Assembly (NCBI GenBank): GCA_041737095.1
Contig: JBGSSK010000168.1
Coordinates: 1-63,415 of the forward strand
Source: Parvularculaceae bacterium
GTDB taxonomy: Bacteria > Pseudomonadota > Alphaproteobacteria > Caulobacterales > Parvularculaceae
Direction: 5' to 3'
DNA length: 63,415 bases
In this document: positions 1 to 11,085 of the stretch, one piece after another
How positions within the stretch are numbered: position 1 is the stretch's first letter
How the letters are laid out: every line of letters begins with the position of its first letter
Notes under the pieces: generated by a model
Told to the model about the DNA's origin: nothing
Databases searched by the model: none
Seen by the model: the letters and a program-made list of their open reading frames with translations, nothing else
Made by a program: the position numbers and the translations under genes

Positions 1-2
1 CC

Positions 3-473
3 GTCGCGCGGCGCGCCGGCATCCCCGGTGTGCTCGACGCCGATGCGCCGGTTCCGGACGATCGCTCTATCCTTGGCGTCGCAAGTCATGTCGCTTTTTC
101 AGCGCAGGGGCTACAAACGCTGGTCGCCGACAATGACCTGCATCGTGGCCTTGCAGCGTTTCACCGCATCCATGATCGATGGTGCTGCGTGACGGACGGC
201 GAAAACGGCGTCGCCATATGCTGCGGCGGGAAAAGCGGCTCTGTTCCGTCCTTCAAGGCGCGGACAGTCGATACGCTTGGCGCCGGCGATGTCTGGCACG
301 GCGCTTTCGCATTGGCGCTGGCCGAAAAGGAGACGGAACGCGACGCCGTCATTTTCGCCAATGCCGCCGCGGCAATTAAGGTCTCGCGCCATGGCGCCCG
401 AGAGGGCGCGCCGACACGCCGCGAAGTTGACGACTTTCTTGAGAAGAACGCGCCAAAGGAGGCGATCGGTTGA
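3..473 (+). CDS. PfkB/ribokinase-family sugar kinase, 5'-truncated (sulfofructose kinase YihV-like)
   Basis: Frame open from the window edge; PfkB motif DTLGAGDVWHGAF and C-terminal ANAAAAIKVSRHG; VLDAD..SHVAFS resembles YihV. Confidence 0.85.
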   Translation, partial: VARRAGIPGVLDADAPVPDDRSILGVASHVAFSAQGLQTLVADNDLHRGLAAFHRIHDRWCCVTDGENGVAICCGGKSGSVPSFKARTVDTLGAGDVWHGAFALALAEKETERDAVIFANAAAAIKVSRHGAREGAPTRREVDDFLEKNAPKEAIG

Positions 474-1522
474 CCCTGTCCGCAGGAAAAATTTGGGGCA
501 TGCGCCGGATGGCGGATGCGAATGGGCGCTTCAAGATGACGGCTGTGGATCAGCGGCCGCCGATCAAGAATCCAATCCGCGAAAAGCGCGGCCTTGCCGA
601 GGCGCCGTGGGAGGATGTCGCTCGCTTCAAGGAGTTGCTGATCGAAATATTGCAGCCGCAATCATCCGCGATGCTGCTTGATCCGCATTACGCATTTCCG
701 CGCGGCGTCATGAAACTTTCGCCGACGCGAGGGCTGATCCTGACGCTCGAGGACTCGATCTTCCAGGAAACGCCGGGCGGCAGAATATCGAGCGAAATCG
801 ACAACTGGTCGGTCGAGAAAATCAAACGCGCCGGCGGCGACGCCGTGAAGGTCCTCGCCTGGCACCGCCCCGACGCTGACGTCAAGGTGACGGAGAAGCA
901 GAAGGATTTCGTCGCGCGCATCGGAGACGCCTGTGCGCGCTACGACATTCCTTATGTTTTCGAGTTACTCGTCTACCCGCTGCCGAAGGACGCCGAGCAG
1001 ACGCGCGAATACGTCGAAATGAAGTCGAAGCGCCCTCACCTCGTCGTCGAAAGCGTCGAGACCTTTGCGGATCCGAAATACGGCGTCGACCTTTTCAAAC
1101 TCGAGAGCCCGATGGCGGCGGCGGATGCGCCGGGCGTCGGCAACGAAGGATGGGAAGAGACGCAGAAATGGTTCGATGCGCTGGAAGGGGCGGCAGGACG
1201 CCCCTGGGTCATGCTGTCCGCCGGCGCAGGGATGGAAGAATTCCGCAATGTCCTCACTCACGCCTACAAGGCGGGCGCATCCGGATATCTCGCCGGTCGC
1301 GCGATCTGGCTGAAGGCCTTCAACAACTTTCCCGACTGGACCGCCATTCGCAAAGGCCTCGAAGGCGAAGCGATCGATTACATGCGATCGCTGAACCGAA
1401 TGACCGATGAACTCGCTGCGCCATGGACGGAGCGTCCGGAATTCGGACCGGCTGGAATCGCCATCGCGCCGTCGAACGAAACCTTTCGACACCAATATCC
1501 AGGATTTGGAGATGCGAAATGA
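470..1522 (+). CDS. Class I tagatose-1,6-bisphosphate / sulfofructose-phosphate aldolase (LacD/YihT family)
   Basis: AVDQR, DAVKVL, DLFKLE (Schiff-base Lys), PWVMLSAG, GYLAGRAIW; TTG start with AAGGAGG RBS; 4-bp overlap with the kinase. Confidence 0.88.
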   Translation: MTLSAGKIWGMRRMADANGRFKMTAVDQRPPIKNPIREKRGLAEAPWEDVARFKELLIEILQPQSSAMLLDPHYAFPRGVMKLSPTRGLILTLEDSIFQETPGGRISSEIDNWSVEKIKRAGGDAVKVLAWHRPDADVKVTEKQKDFVARIGDACARYDIPYVFELLVYPLPKDAEQTREYVEMKSKRPHLVVESVETFADPKYGVDLFKLESPMAAADAPGVGNEGWEETQKWFDALEGAAGRPWVMLSAGAGMEEFRNVLTHAYKAGASGYLAGRAIWLKAFNNFPDWTAIRKGLEGEAIDYMRSLNRMTDELAAPWTERPEFGPAGIAIAPSNETFRHQYPGFGDAK

Positions 1523-2913
1523 CGCTCACCTATGGCGTCGCCGCCCTTGGACGGCCGACTTTCGATGTGCCCTTCGCCGAAGAAATGATGACGAAAGCGT
1601 TCGCAGCGATCGAAACCGCGGGCATTCGCGCGGTCGGGCCGCGCAAGCTCCTTTACGACGCGGCGGCCGCAGCTGACGCGATCGGGGAAATCGCCAAGGC
1701 CGGGAGAATCGATGCTCTCGTCATCCTGCAGATCACGTTCACCGATGCGACCATGACGGTGAAGCTCGCCCGTGAAGCGACCGCGCCAGTTGCGATCTGG
1801 GCGGTGCCGGAGCCGCGGATCGGCGGCAGGCTGCGGCTCAACGCTTTTTGCGGCTTGAACCTCGCCGCGCACGCGCTCGGCAAGGTCGGCGTTCCGCATG
1901 GCTGGCTCTACGCCGCGCCGGACGCAAAAAGTCTTGCAGCCAGCCTCAAATCCTTCGCGCAGCCGGCGACCCCCCCCCCGTCGAACGCGCGCCGCATTAA
2001 CGCGACGTCCCGAGAGGGCGATCGCGCATTGTCGAAAGTGCGCGGCGCCGTCATCAGCGTCATTGGCGAGCACCCTGCCGGCTTTGACACCTGCGAATTC
2101 GATGAAGGCGAACTCGCCGGGCTTGCCGACGTCAAAGTGAACCGAATTCCGCTCTCCCGGCTTTTCGAAATGGCGAAGGCGACGCCGAACGCGCGCGCCG
2201 CCGCCGTGCGTGCGCAATCGGCTGTGGAAATTGCAGGTCTCGACGCTGTCGATCAGGCGCAGCTCGACCGTTCGTTCCGCGTCTTCTGCGCTCTTGACGA
2301 CATTCGCCGCGACACAGGCGCGCAAGGCCTCGCGGTGCGCTGCTGGCCGGAGACTTTCACAGAATATGGCTGCGCCGCTTGCGGCCCCATGGCGATGATG
2401 AATGAGAAGCGCGTGCCGTCCGCCTGCGAAGCGGATGTCTACGGCTCATTCTCGGCGCTGTTGCTTCAGGAACTCGCGGACGAGCCGGCGTGGATGGCGG
2501 ACCTTGTCGATGTCGATCAGTCGGACGGCACAGGCGTCTTCTGGCATTGCGGCCTTGCGCCGCTCTCGATGTGCGATCCGGAGGCGCAGCCGGAAGCGAC
2601 GATCCACACCAACCGCAAAATGCCGCTGCTGCATCAGTTTCCCCTGAAACCCGGCCGATTCACTTTTGCACGCCTGTCGCAGTCGCGGAACGAAACCAAG
2701 CTCGTCATCGGCGCCGGCGACTTCATCCGACGGCCAATGGCGTTCACGGGCACCTCCGGCGTCTTCAAGTTCGCCAAGCCGCTTGACGAGGTCTTGAACG
2801 CGATCATGGGCGAAGCGCTCGAACATCATTTCGCGATCGCTTATGGCGATCATCGCACGGCGCTGCGCGGCGTCGCCAGCGCGCTCAACTTGCCATTGCT
2901 CGAAATCGCATGA
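1519..2913 (+). CDS. L-fucose/L-arabinose isomerase family protein
   Basis: Motifs LNAFCG, AVRCWPE, ACEAD, WHCG, EHHFAIAYGD; ATG at 1519 overlaps the aldolase stop (ATGA). Confidence 0.82.
   Translation: MTLTYGVAALGRPTFDVPFAEEMMTKAFAAIETAGIRAVGPRKLLYDAAAAADAIGEIAKAGRIDALVILQITFTDATMTVKLAREATAPVAIWAVPEPRIGGRLRLNAFCGLNLAAHALGKVGVPHGWLYAAPDAKSLAASLKSFAQPATPPPSNARRINATSREGDRALSKVRGAVISVIGEHPAGFDTCEFDEGELAGLADVKVNRIPLSRLFEMAKATPNARAAAVRAQSAVEIAGLDAVDQAQLDRSFRVFCALDDIRRDTGAQGLAVRCWPETFTEYGCAACGPMAMMNEKRVPSACEADVYGSFSALLLQELADEPAWMADLVDVDQSDGTGVFWHCGLAPLSMCDPEAQPEATIHTNRKMPLLHQFPLKPGRFTFARLSQSRNETKLVIGAGDFIRRPMAFTGTSGVFKFAKPLDEVLNAIMGEALEHHFAIAYGDHRTALRGVASALNLPLLEIA
1970..1979 (+). repeat. C10 homopolymer in the isomerase gene (in frame)
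   Basis: gac cccccccccg, translated as TPPP. Confidence 0.9.
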
Positions 2914-4979
2914 CGCACGCCGCCTTCGATCCGGTCGCCCCGCGATGGAGCCAGCATCCGCCGGCGCCGATCGTCGCGCTGTCCAGGATCGGACCCACGA
3001 AAGCCGTGATCGACACCGCGATCGGAGAATTGACGGTGACGCTGCACGATTTCGGCGCCCGGCTGCGTTTCGGCGAACGCAAGAACGATTATGGACTGCT
3101 GGTATCGGAACCGAATTGCGAACCGATCACCCATGAAGTCACCACTGAACGCATCATCATCGCCAGTGGCGATTGCCGTCTTTCGATTGAGCGCGATACA
3201 TTAGCCTTCACACTCGAAAAGAAAGGTCGCCGGATCCAGAGCTCCGCGAGCGACGGCCATTTCGTCAGAAAGCTCCGCCTGCCGCCTTTTGCGCGCACCG
3301 ATCGAGGCTGGCTGGCGCATTTCGAACTTGAAACGGGGGAACCGGTCTACGGTCTCGGAGAGAAATGGGGGCCGCTCGACAAACGCGGCCAGTTGATCCG
3401 GTCCTATAATAGCGACGCTCTCGGCGTGAACGCCGAAATTTCCTACAAGAACGCGCCATTCGCCTGGTCGCCGAATGGTTGGGGCGTTTTCGTCCATACG
3501 CCATCGCCGGTGACGCATGGCGTCGGTTTCGCGCCGTGGTCGCAGCGCGCTTATGGCGTCCATGTCGAGGACGAATCGCTCGATCTCTTCATCATCGCGG
3601 GAGGCGACGGCGCCGATCTCATCGAGCGTTTCACAGGCCTCACTGGCCGGGCGCCGACGCCGCCTTTGTGGAGCCTCGGCGTCATATTGTCGAAGGCCTA
3701 TTACAAGACGGAAGAAGAAATTCTCGACGTCGCGAGGGAAGTCCGAATCCGGAAAATGCCTTGCGACGTCATCACGTTCGACGGGCGCGCCTGGCAGGAC
3801 ACTGCAACGCGGTTCGCGTTCGAATGGGACCCGAAGCGCTACCCAGATCCCAAGGCGACGCTCGACAAACTGAAGGCGCTCGGTTTCCGGATCTGCGTCT
3901 GGGAATACCCGCTCGTCTCGGTGGAGAATCCGCTGTTCGACGAAATGGCGGGCAAAGGCTGGCTTTTGAAGGATCGCCGAACCGACGAGCCCTGGCGCTA
4001 TGAATGGGAAACCGAGGCCTGGGGCCCTGTTTTGACGCCGTTGCCGACATCGGGCCTCGTCGATTTCACCCATCCGGACGCCTATGCCTTCTGGCGCGAC
4101 AAACACAAGGCTCTTTTCGACGCCGGCGTCGACATGATCAAGGCCGATTTCGGCGAGCAGATTCTCGACGACATGCTCGCTCACAATGGCGAGTCGGGCC
4201 GGTCGCTGCACAATGTCTATGCTTTCCTCTACAACAAATGTGTCTACGAGGCGGCTGAAATGTATTCCGCTAACGGACCATTTTTGTTCAGCCGGTCGGC
4301 GTGGACGGGCAGCCAGCGATTTCCGTCGCAATGGGGCGGCGATCCGCAGGCGGACTGGGAAGGGCTTGCGGGAAGTCTGCGCGGCGGCCTTTCATGGGGA
4401 ATGACCGGCGGGCCCTTTTACGCGACCGATGTCGGCGGCTTTTACGGCGACACGCGCGATCCGGTGCTTTATGTCCGCTGGGCGCAGGCGGCGGTTTTCT
4501 CAGCGCATATGCGCCTTCACGGCATCGGCGCGCGCGAGCCGTGGTCTTATGGCCCGGAGGCGGAGGAGGCGGCGATGGCCGCGCTGAAACTCCGTTATCG
4601 CCTGCTCCCCTATATCGCCGGCGCGATGCGCGACGCGAGCCGGACCGGCCTTCCCGTGCAGCGAGCGATGGCGCTTGCGTGTCCGGACGCACCGGAGGCG
4701 TGGGCGTTCGAAAACCAGTTCTTCTTTGGCGACGACTTGCTCGTCGCGCCCTGCACGCGGCCGGATCACAAGGTGAAAGCCTATCTGCCGGCCGGCGACT
4801 GGCGGCGTTTTCCGGACGGAGAAAAATTCGAGGGCGGCAAGACGCATGCGCTGACGCTGGGGCTTTGCGAAATCGCCGTATTCGTGCGCGGCGACGCGCG
4901 CATTCCGCTCGGCGCTGAACGCGAGACCATAAGCGAGGCGGAAGATAAGCCGGAAATCGTTGCGTACTGGCCGGAATGA
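2910..4979 (+). CDS. Glycoside hydrolase family 31 (YicI/YihQ-like alpha-glycosidase)
   Basis: YGLGE, YKNAPF, nucleophile KADFGE, acid/base WGGD, DVGGF, HMRLHG, REPW. Confidence 0.92.
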   Translation: MTHAAFDPVAPRWSQHPPAPIVALSRIGPTKAVIDTAIGELTVTLHDFGARLRFGERKNDYGLLVSEPNCEPITHEVTTERIIIASGDCRLSIERDTLAFTLEKKGRRIQSSASDGHFVRKLRLPPFARTDRGWLAHFELETGEPVYGLGEKWGPLDKRGQLIRSYNSDALGVNAEISYKNAPFAWSPNGWGVFVHTPSPVTHGVGFAPWSQRAYGVHVEDESLDLFIIAGGDGADLIERFTGLTGRAPTPPLWSLGVILSKAYYKTEEEILDVAREVRIRKMPCDVITFDGRAWQDTATRFAFEWDPKRYPDPKATLDKLKALGFRICVWEYPLVSVENPLFDEMAGKGWLLKDRRTDEPWRYEWETEAWGPVLTPLPTSGLVDFTHPDAYAFWRDKHKALFDAGVDMIKADFGEQILDDMLAHNGESGRSLHNVYAFLYNKCVYEAAEMYSANGPFLFSRSAWTGSQRFPSQWGGDPQADWEGLAGSLRGGLSWGMTGGPFYATDVGGFYGDTRDPVLYVRWAQAAVFSAHMRLHGIGAREPWSYGPEAEEAAMAALKLRYRLLPYIAGAMRDASRTGLPVQRAMALACPDAPEAWAFENQFFFGDDLLVAPCTRPDHKVKAYLPAGDWRRFPDGEKFEGGKTHALTLGLCEIAVFVRGDARIPLGAERETISEAEDKPEIVAYWPE

Positions 4980-5058
4980 CGACAAGCGGCGATAAAGCCG
5001 CGCGACATGAGGAGGAATTGGACGTGAGGAAATACGCTTCGGGCAAGGGCGCCCGGGC

Positions 5059-5619
5059 ATGAGCGCTGTTGCTCAGAGCCTCCGCGCCGCTGCCGGCCTT
5101 CTCGGCCGGCTCAATGAAAAAGTCGGCGCCGCTGGCCGATCGATCGCCGGCGTCGTGCTCGCCTTGATGGCCGCGATCATCCTCGTTCAAGTTGTCAGCC
5201 GCTATGCGCTGAACAACTCGGTCGCCTGGAGCGAAGAATTGTCGAAGAGCCTGATGGTCTGGACGGCTTTTCTGGTTGCGCCCTTCGCCTATCGCCATGG
5301 CGCAAATGTCTCGGTCGATCTTTTCGCGGAAGCGTTGCCGATGCGTCTGCAGGCTGCGATGCGCGCAGCCGTCAACATGTTGGTGATCTGGATCGTCGCC
5401 GTCTTCCTCATCGAAAGCATACCCTTCGTCGCGCGCGGGATGCAGAGCCAGGTCGCAACCCTGCCGCTCAAGACCGGATATTTCTACGCCGTGTTACCGC
5501 TCTCGCTGGCGGCGATGATTTCAACCGGCGTTGAAATGCTGCTGCGCGATGTCGCCGAGGTGATCAGCGGACAAAAGGATATCGACGCGCCGATGCATAT
5601 CTCGCGACTGGAAGCGTAA
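5059..5619 (+). CDS. dctQ: TRAP transporter small permease
   Basis: 4 hydrophobic segments; QVVSRY..WSEEL motif; adjacent to dctM and dctP. Confidence 0.9.
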   Translation: MSAVAQSLRAAAGLLGRLNEKVGAAGRSIAGVVLALMAAIILVQVVSRYALNNSVAWSEELSKSLMVWTAFLVAPFAYRHGANVSVDLFAEALPMRLQAAMRAAVNMLVIWIVAVFLIESIPFVARGMQSQVATLPLKTGYFYAVLPLSLAAMISTGVEMLLRDVAEVISGQKDIDAPMHISRLEA

Positions 5620-5625
5620 CGCGTT

Positions 5626-6912
5626 ATGTCAGTCGCTTATATCTGGATCTTCATTCTGCTTCTCGCCGCTGGCGCACCGATCGTCTTCGCGCTCCTGATC
5701 GGTCCGGGGCTAAGCCTTGCCCTCGACAACCAGCCGCAATTCTATTCGGCGCTGCTGACCCGTCTTTATAACGGCATCGATTCCTTTCCGTTGATGGCGG
5801 TGCCGTTCTTTATTCTGGCCGGCGAATTCATGAACGCCGGGGGCGTGACGCGCTCGCTGGTCCAGTTTTCGCAGGCGATGATCGGGCACCGACGCGGCGG
5901 CCTTGCGCAGGTCAACATCATGACTTCGCTTCTCTTCGCCGGACTGTCGGGCTCGGCGGTCGCCGATGCTTCGGCTGTCGGCAAGATGCTGGTGCCGGCG
6001 ATGGCGGAGGGCGGCTATTCCCGGAAATTCGCAGCGGCGGTCACCGCGGCGGCGGCGGTCATCGGCCCGATCATCCCGCCCTCCGGGATCATGATCCTCT
6101 ACGCCTTCGTCATGAACGTTTCCGTCGCAGGGCTCTTCGCGGCAGGCGTCGTGCCGGGCCTGCTGATCACCGCAGGACTGATGATCGTAACCGCGATCAT
6201 TTCAAAGCGGCGAAATTATCCGGTCGCGGCGAAGAAAGCGACGTGGACGGAGCGCCGCTCGACTTTCCTGAAGACGGCGCCGGCGCTGATGACGCCGGTC
6301 ATCCTGCTTGGCGGCATTCTGGCGGGTGTTTTCACCCCGACAGAAGCCGCGGGCGCAGCGGCGATCTACGCCATGATCGTTTCGCTGTTCGTGATGAAAA
6401 CGCTAGGCGTCAAGGACCTGCCGAAAATCTTCGTGAACGCCGCAACGCAATCGGGCGTCATCCTGCTGCTGGTCGGGGCGGCGGTTACTTTTGCTTGGAT
6501 CGTCACGGTCTCCGGCTTCGCTGAGACAATGGCCTCCGGTGTCACCGGTGTCACCAAAAACGTGTATATCCTGCTGCTGCTCGTCAATCTCATGCTGTTT
6601 GTGATCGGCATGTTCTTGGATGCCGGACCGGCGATCCTGATATTGGGGCCAGTGCTTGCGCCTATTTTTGTCAATCTCGGAATCGATCCGCTGCACTTCG
6701 CGATTGTCATGTGCGTCAATGTCACGGTCGGTCTTGCGACGCCGCCGATGGGGCTCGTTCTTTTTGTCGCTTCATCGATATCCGGTGAAAAGCCGGAGGC
6801 GATCGCCCTCGAACTGGCGCCTTTCCTCGCCGTACAGGTCGCAGTCATCCTGTTGATCACTTATATTCCGGCATTGACGTTGACACTACCCCGCCTTCTC
6901 GGCTTTGCGTGA
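5626..6912 (+). CDS. dctM: TRAP transporter large permease
   Basis: AVPFFILAG, SGSAVAD, IIPPS, TPTEA, TPPMG motifs. Confidence 0.95.
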   Translation: MSVAYIWIFILLLAAGAPIVFALLIGPGLSLALDNQPQFYSALLTRLYNGIDSFPLMAVPFFILAGEFMNAGGVTRSLVQFSQAMIGHRRGGLAQVNIMTSLLFAGLSGSAVADASAVGKMLVPAMAEGGYSRKFAAAVTAAAAVIGPIIPPSGIMILYAFVMNVSVAGLFAAGVVPGLLITAGLMIVTAIISKRRNYPVAAKKATWTERRSTFLKTAPALMTPVILLGGILAGVFTPTEAAGAAAIYAMIVSLFVMKTLGVKDLPKIFVNAATQSGVILLLVGAAVTFAWIVTVSGFAETMASGVTGVTKNVYILLLLVNLMLFVIGMFLDAGPAILILGPVLAPIFVNLGIDPLHFAIVMCVNVTVGLATPPMGLVLFVASSISGEKPEAIALELAPFLAVQVAVILLITYIPALTLTLPRLLGFA

Positions 6913-6919
6913 GGATCCC

Positions 6920-7954
6920 GTGCCAACACGTACCTTGAATATCATATTCGCGATCGTCGTCGTCGCTTGCCTCGCCGGCATATTCTTCAGCAGGTCCTCG
7001 CGCGCGGAATACGAGATCCGCATCGGGATTCTCGCCTCCTCTGACGACGAAGACTATGACGGGGCCGTCGCTTTCAAGGATGTCGTCGAAAAAGAATCCG
7101 CAGGGCGCATCGACGTCCGCATTTTCACATCCGGTCAATATTGCGGCGGCGAGCGGGAATGCATCGAAAACCTGCAATCCGGCGTTCTCGACATTTTTAT
7201 GACGACCTTCGGGGGTTTCGGCAATTTCTTCGGCGCAGGCCAGGTCTTTGACCTCCCCTACATCTTGCCTGATGACAGGGTCGCGGAATGCGTGCTCGAC
7301 GGACCGCTGGTCGACGAGTTTCGCGACGCCGTCCTCGACGCCGGCCTCGGCGTCAGGTTGATGACCGTCGGCAATACCGGCGGGTGGCGCGATTTCGCAA
7401 CGACGGACAAGCCGATTGTCACGCCGAAAGATTTAAAGGGCGTCAAAATTCGGACGACACCCTCGCCGCTCGAGCAATCCTTCGTTCGGGAACTCGGCGC
7501 CAACCCGACACCGATCGCCTGGTCCGAGATTTATCTGGCGCTAGCAACAGGAGTCGTTGATGGCACCAAGAACAGCGTTCAGGACATCATCAGCATGAAA
7601 CTCGATGAGAACGTCAAATACATGACGATCGATCACCACGCCTATATGGGCGCAATCTGGTGGTACTCGAACAAGCGCTGGAACGAATTGCCTGACGATT
7701 TGCGTGCGGTCATCGATCGGGGCTTTGTAGCGCTGCAATTGACGACGCGGGAAATACCAAAGCGGAGACAGGCAGAAGCATACGCAGCTTTCGAAGCCTC
7801 CGGCGGCAAACTGCTGCGACCGGACGACGGGCAGAAGTCGGCATTCGTCAGCGCAGCGGGCGGCATGCGCGACTGGTATGTGAAGGCCTATGGCCGCGAC
7901 TGGCTTGATCGGCTCGATAGCGCCGTCGCAGATTGTGAGCGATCAGCAATCTGA
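6920..7954 (+). CDS. dctP: TRAP substrate-binding protein with N-terminal hydrophobic anchor/signal
   Basis: DLKGVKIR (conserved anion-binding Arg), LGANPTP, GVVDG; GTG at 6920 after GAGGA (ORF track starts 6905). Confidence 0.92.
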   Translation: MPTRTLNIIFAIVVVACLAGIFFSRSSRAEYEIRIGILASSDDEDYDGAVAFKDVVEKESAGRIDVRIFTSGQYCGGERECIENLQSGVLDIFMTTFGGFGNFFGAGQVFDLPYILPDDRVAECVLDGPLVDEFRDAVLDAGLGVRLMTVGNTGGWRDFATTDKPIVTPKDLKGVKIRTTPSPLEQSFVRELGANPTPIAWSEIYLALATGVVDGTKNSVQDIISMKLDENVKYMTIDHHAYMGAIWWYSNKRWNELPDDLRAVIDRGFVALQLTTREIPKRRQAEAYAAFEASGGKLLRPDDGQKSAFVSAAGGMRDWYVKAYGRDWLDRLDSAVADCERSAI

Positions 7955-7957
7955 TGG

Positions 7958-8398
7958 TCAGGAATTGATCTCGGCGAGCAGCGACGCGCAGCGTTTCTCG
8001 ATGATGTCGATTGCGACGACGAACCCGTCCGGGCCGCCGAAATAGGGATCGGGGACTTCGCCGCCGGGTACAAAGAGATCGATACTCGCGCCGGCTCCCG
8101 CCGGCCGCATCGCCTGCAGCGCTTCGAAGTTCGAGCGATCCATCGCCAGGATGAGATCGAATTCGGCGAAGTCCCGGGTCGCGATCTGGCGGCAGATGAA
8201 CGCCGAAAGGTCATAGCCGCGCCTTGCGCATTCCTCGATCGTGCGCGGATCGGCGCCGCCGCCGACATGCTTGTCTTTTAGGCCCGCAGATGAAAATTCG
8301 ACGCCCGCGCTGCGGTTCTTCGCAAAGTGCGTCTTTGCGATCACTTCCGCCGCCGGCGAGCGGCTGTAATTCCCGGCGTCGACAAAAAGAATTTTCAT
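7958..8398 (-). CDS. LMW protein-tyrosine-phosphatase-fold protein with degenerate P-loop
   Basis: ILFVDAGNYSRSPAAE (canonical VCxGNxCRS), SAG, DLILAMD, VPDPY. Confidence 0.85.
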   Translation of the reverse strand: MKILFVDAGNYSRSPAAEVIAKTHFAKNRSAGVEFSSAGLKDKHVGGGADPRTIEECARRGYDLSAFICRQIATRDFAEFDLILAMDRSNFEALQAMRPAGAGASIDLFVPGGEVPDPYFGGPDGFVVAIDIIEKRCASLLAEINS

Positions 8399-8423
8399 CG
8401 CTTAATCATGCGGTTGGAATGTT

Positions 8424-8440
8424 TTGTGCGGCGCAACAAA
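8424..8440. promoter_or_regulatory. TTGTGC-N3-GCAACAAA motif copy 1 (PhaR-like box)
   Basis: TTGTGCGGCGCAACAAA in the divergent intergenic region; the same 17-mer pattern occurs at 28730 and 39883. Confidence 0.6.
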
Positions 8441-8488
8441 GGTATCCTGTCACTTTGTCGTTTGCGTCGAGCCGGCATTGACCCAGGA

Positions 8489-8524
8489 TTGACGAGGTGA
8501 CCGGACCAAGTGTTATATAAGACA
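8489..8524 (+). promoter_or_regulatory. Possible promoter and AT-rich operator upstream of TonB receptor 1
   Basis: TTGACG at 8489 followed by TGTTATATAAGACA (8511-8524), a near-palindrome in otherwise GC-rich DNA. Confidence 0.35.
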
Positions 8525-8611
8525 TGTCAGCTATAAGTTATCGCGTCAAGCCGGGATCGTAGGCGGCCGCGCGCAGCGGCGTCGCCGCTGTCAGAAAACG
8601 GGAGGCACTTC

Positions 8612-10915
<2,304 letters not shown>

Positions 10916-10936
10916 TCGGCCAAAATGGACCGGCTG

Positions 10937-10962
10937 AAGGGGGCGCTTCGGCGCCCCTTTTT
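10937..10962 (+). terminator. Rho-independent terminator
   Basis: AAGGGGGCGC-TTCG-GCGCCCCTT followed by a T run. Confidence 0.85.
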
Positions 10963-11003
10963 CGTATCGGGCGGAAATCATCGGATTCGGCGGATCCGCC
11001 CAG

Positions 11004-11029
11004 GAAAACAATCAGAGTTGATTGTTTTT
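11004..11029. promoter_or_regulatory. Putative TetR operator 1 (4-bp spacer form)
   Basis: GAAAACAATCA-GAGT-TGATTGTTTTT upstream of the PQQ dehydrogenase. Confidence 0.75.
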
Positions 11030-11085
11030 TCACACTGTGCCAGTTTCCGTCATGAAGGTGCCATCACCGAAAAGGAGTTGCGCCG

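Noticed and set aside
470-1522. Assigning lacD or a lactose-tagatose pathway
   Set aside because: No lacAB, PTS or gatZ; the TRAP transporter and YihV-like kinase argue otherwise, so no symbol was given
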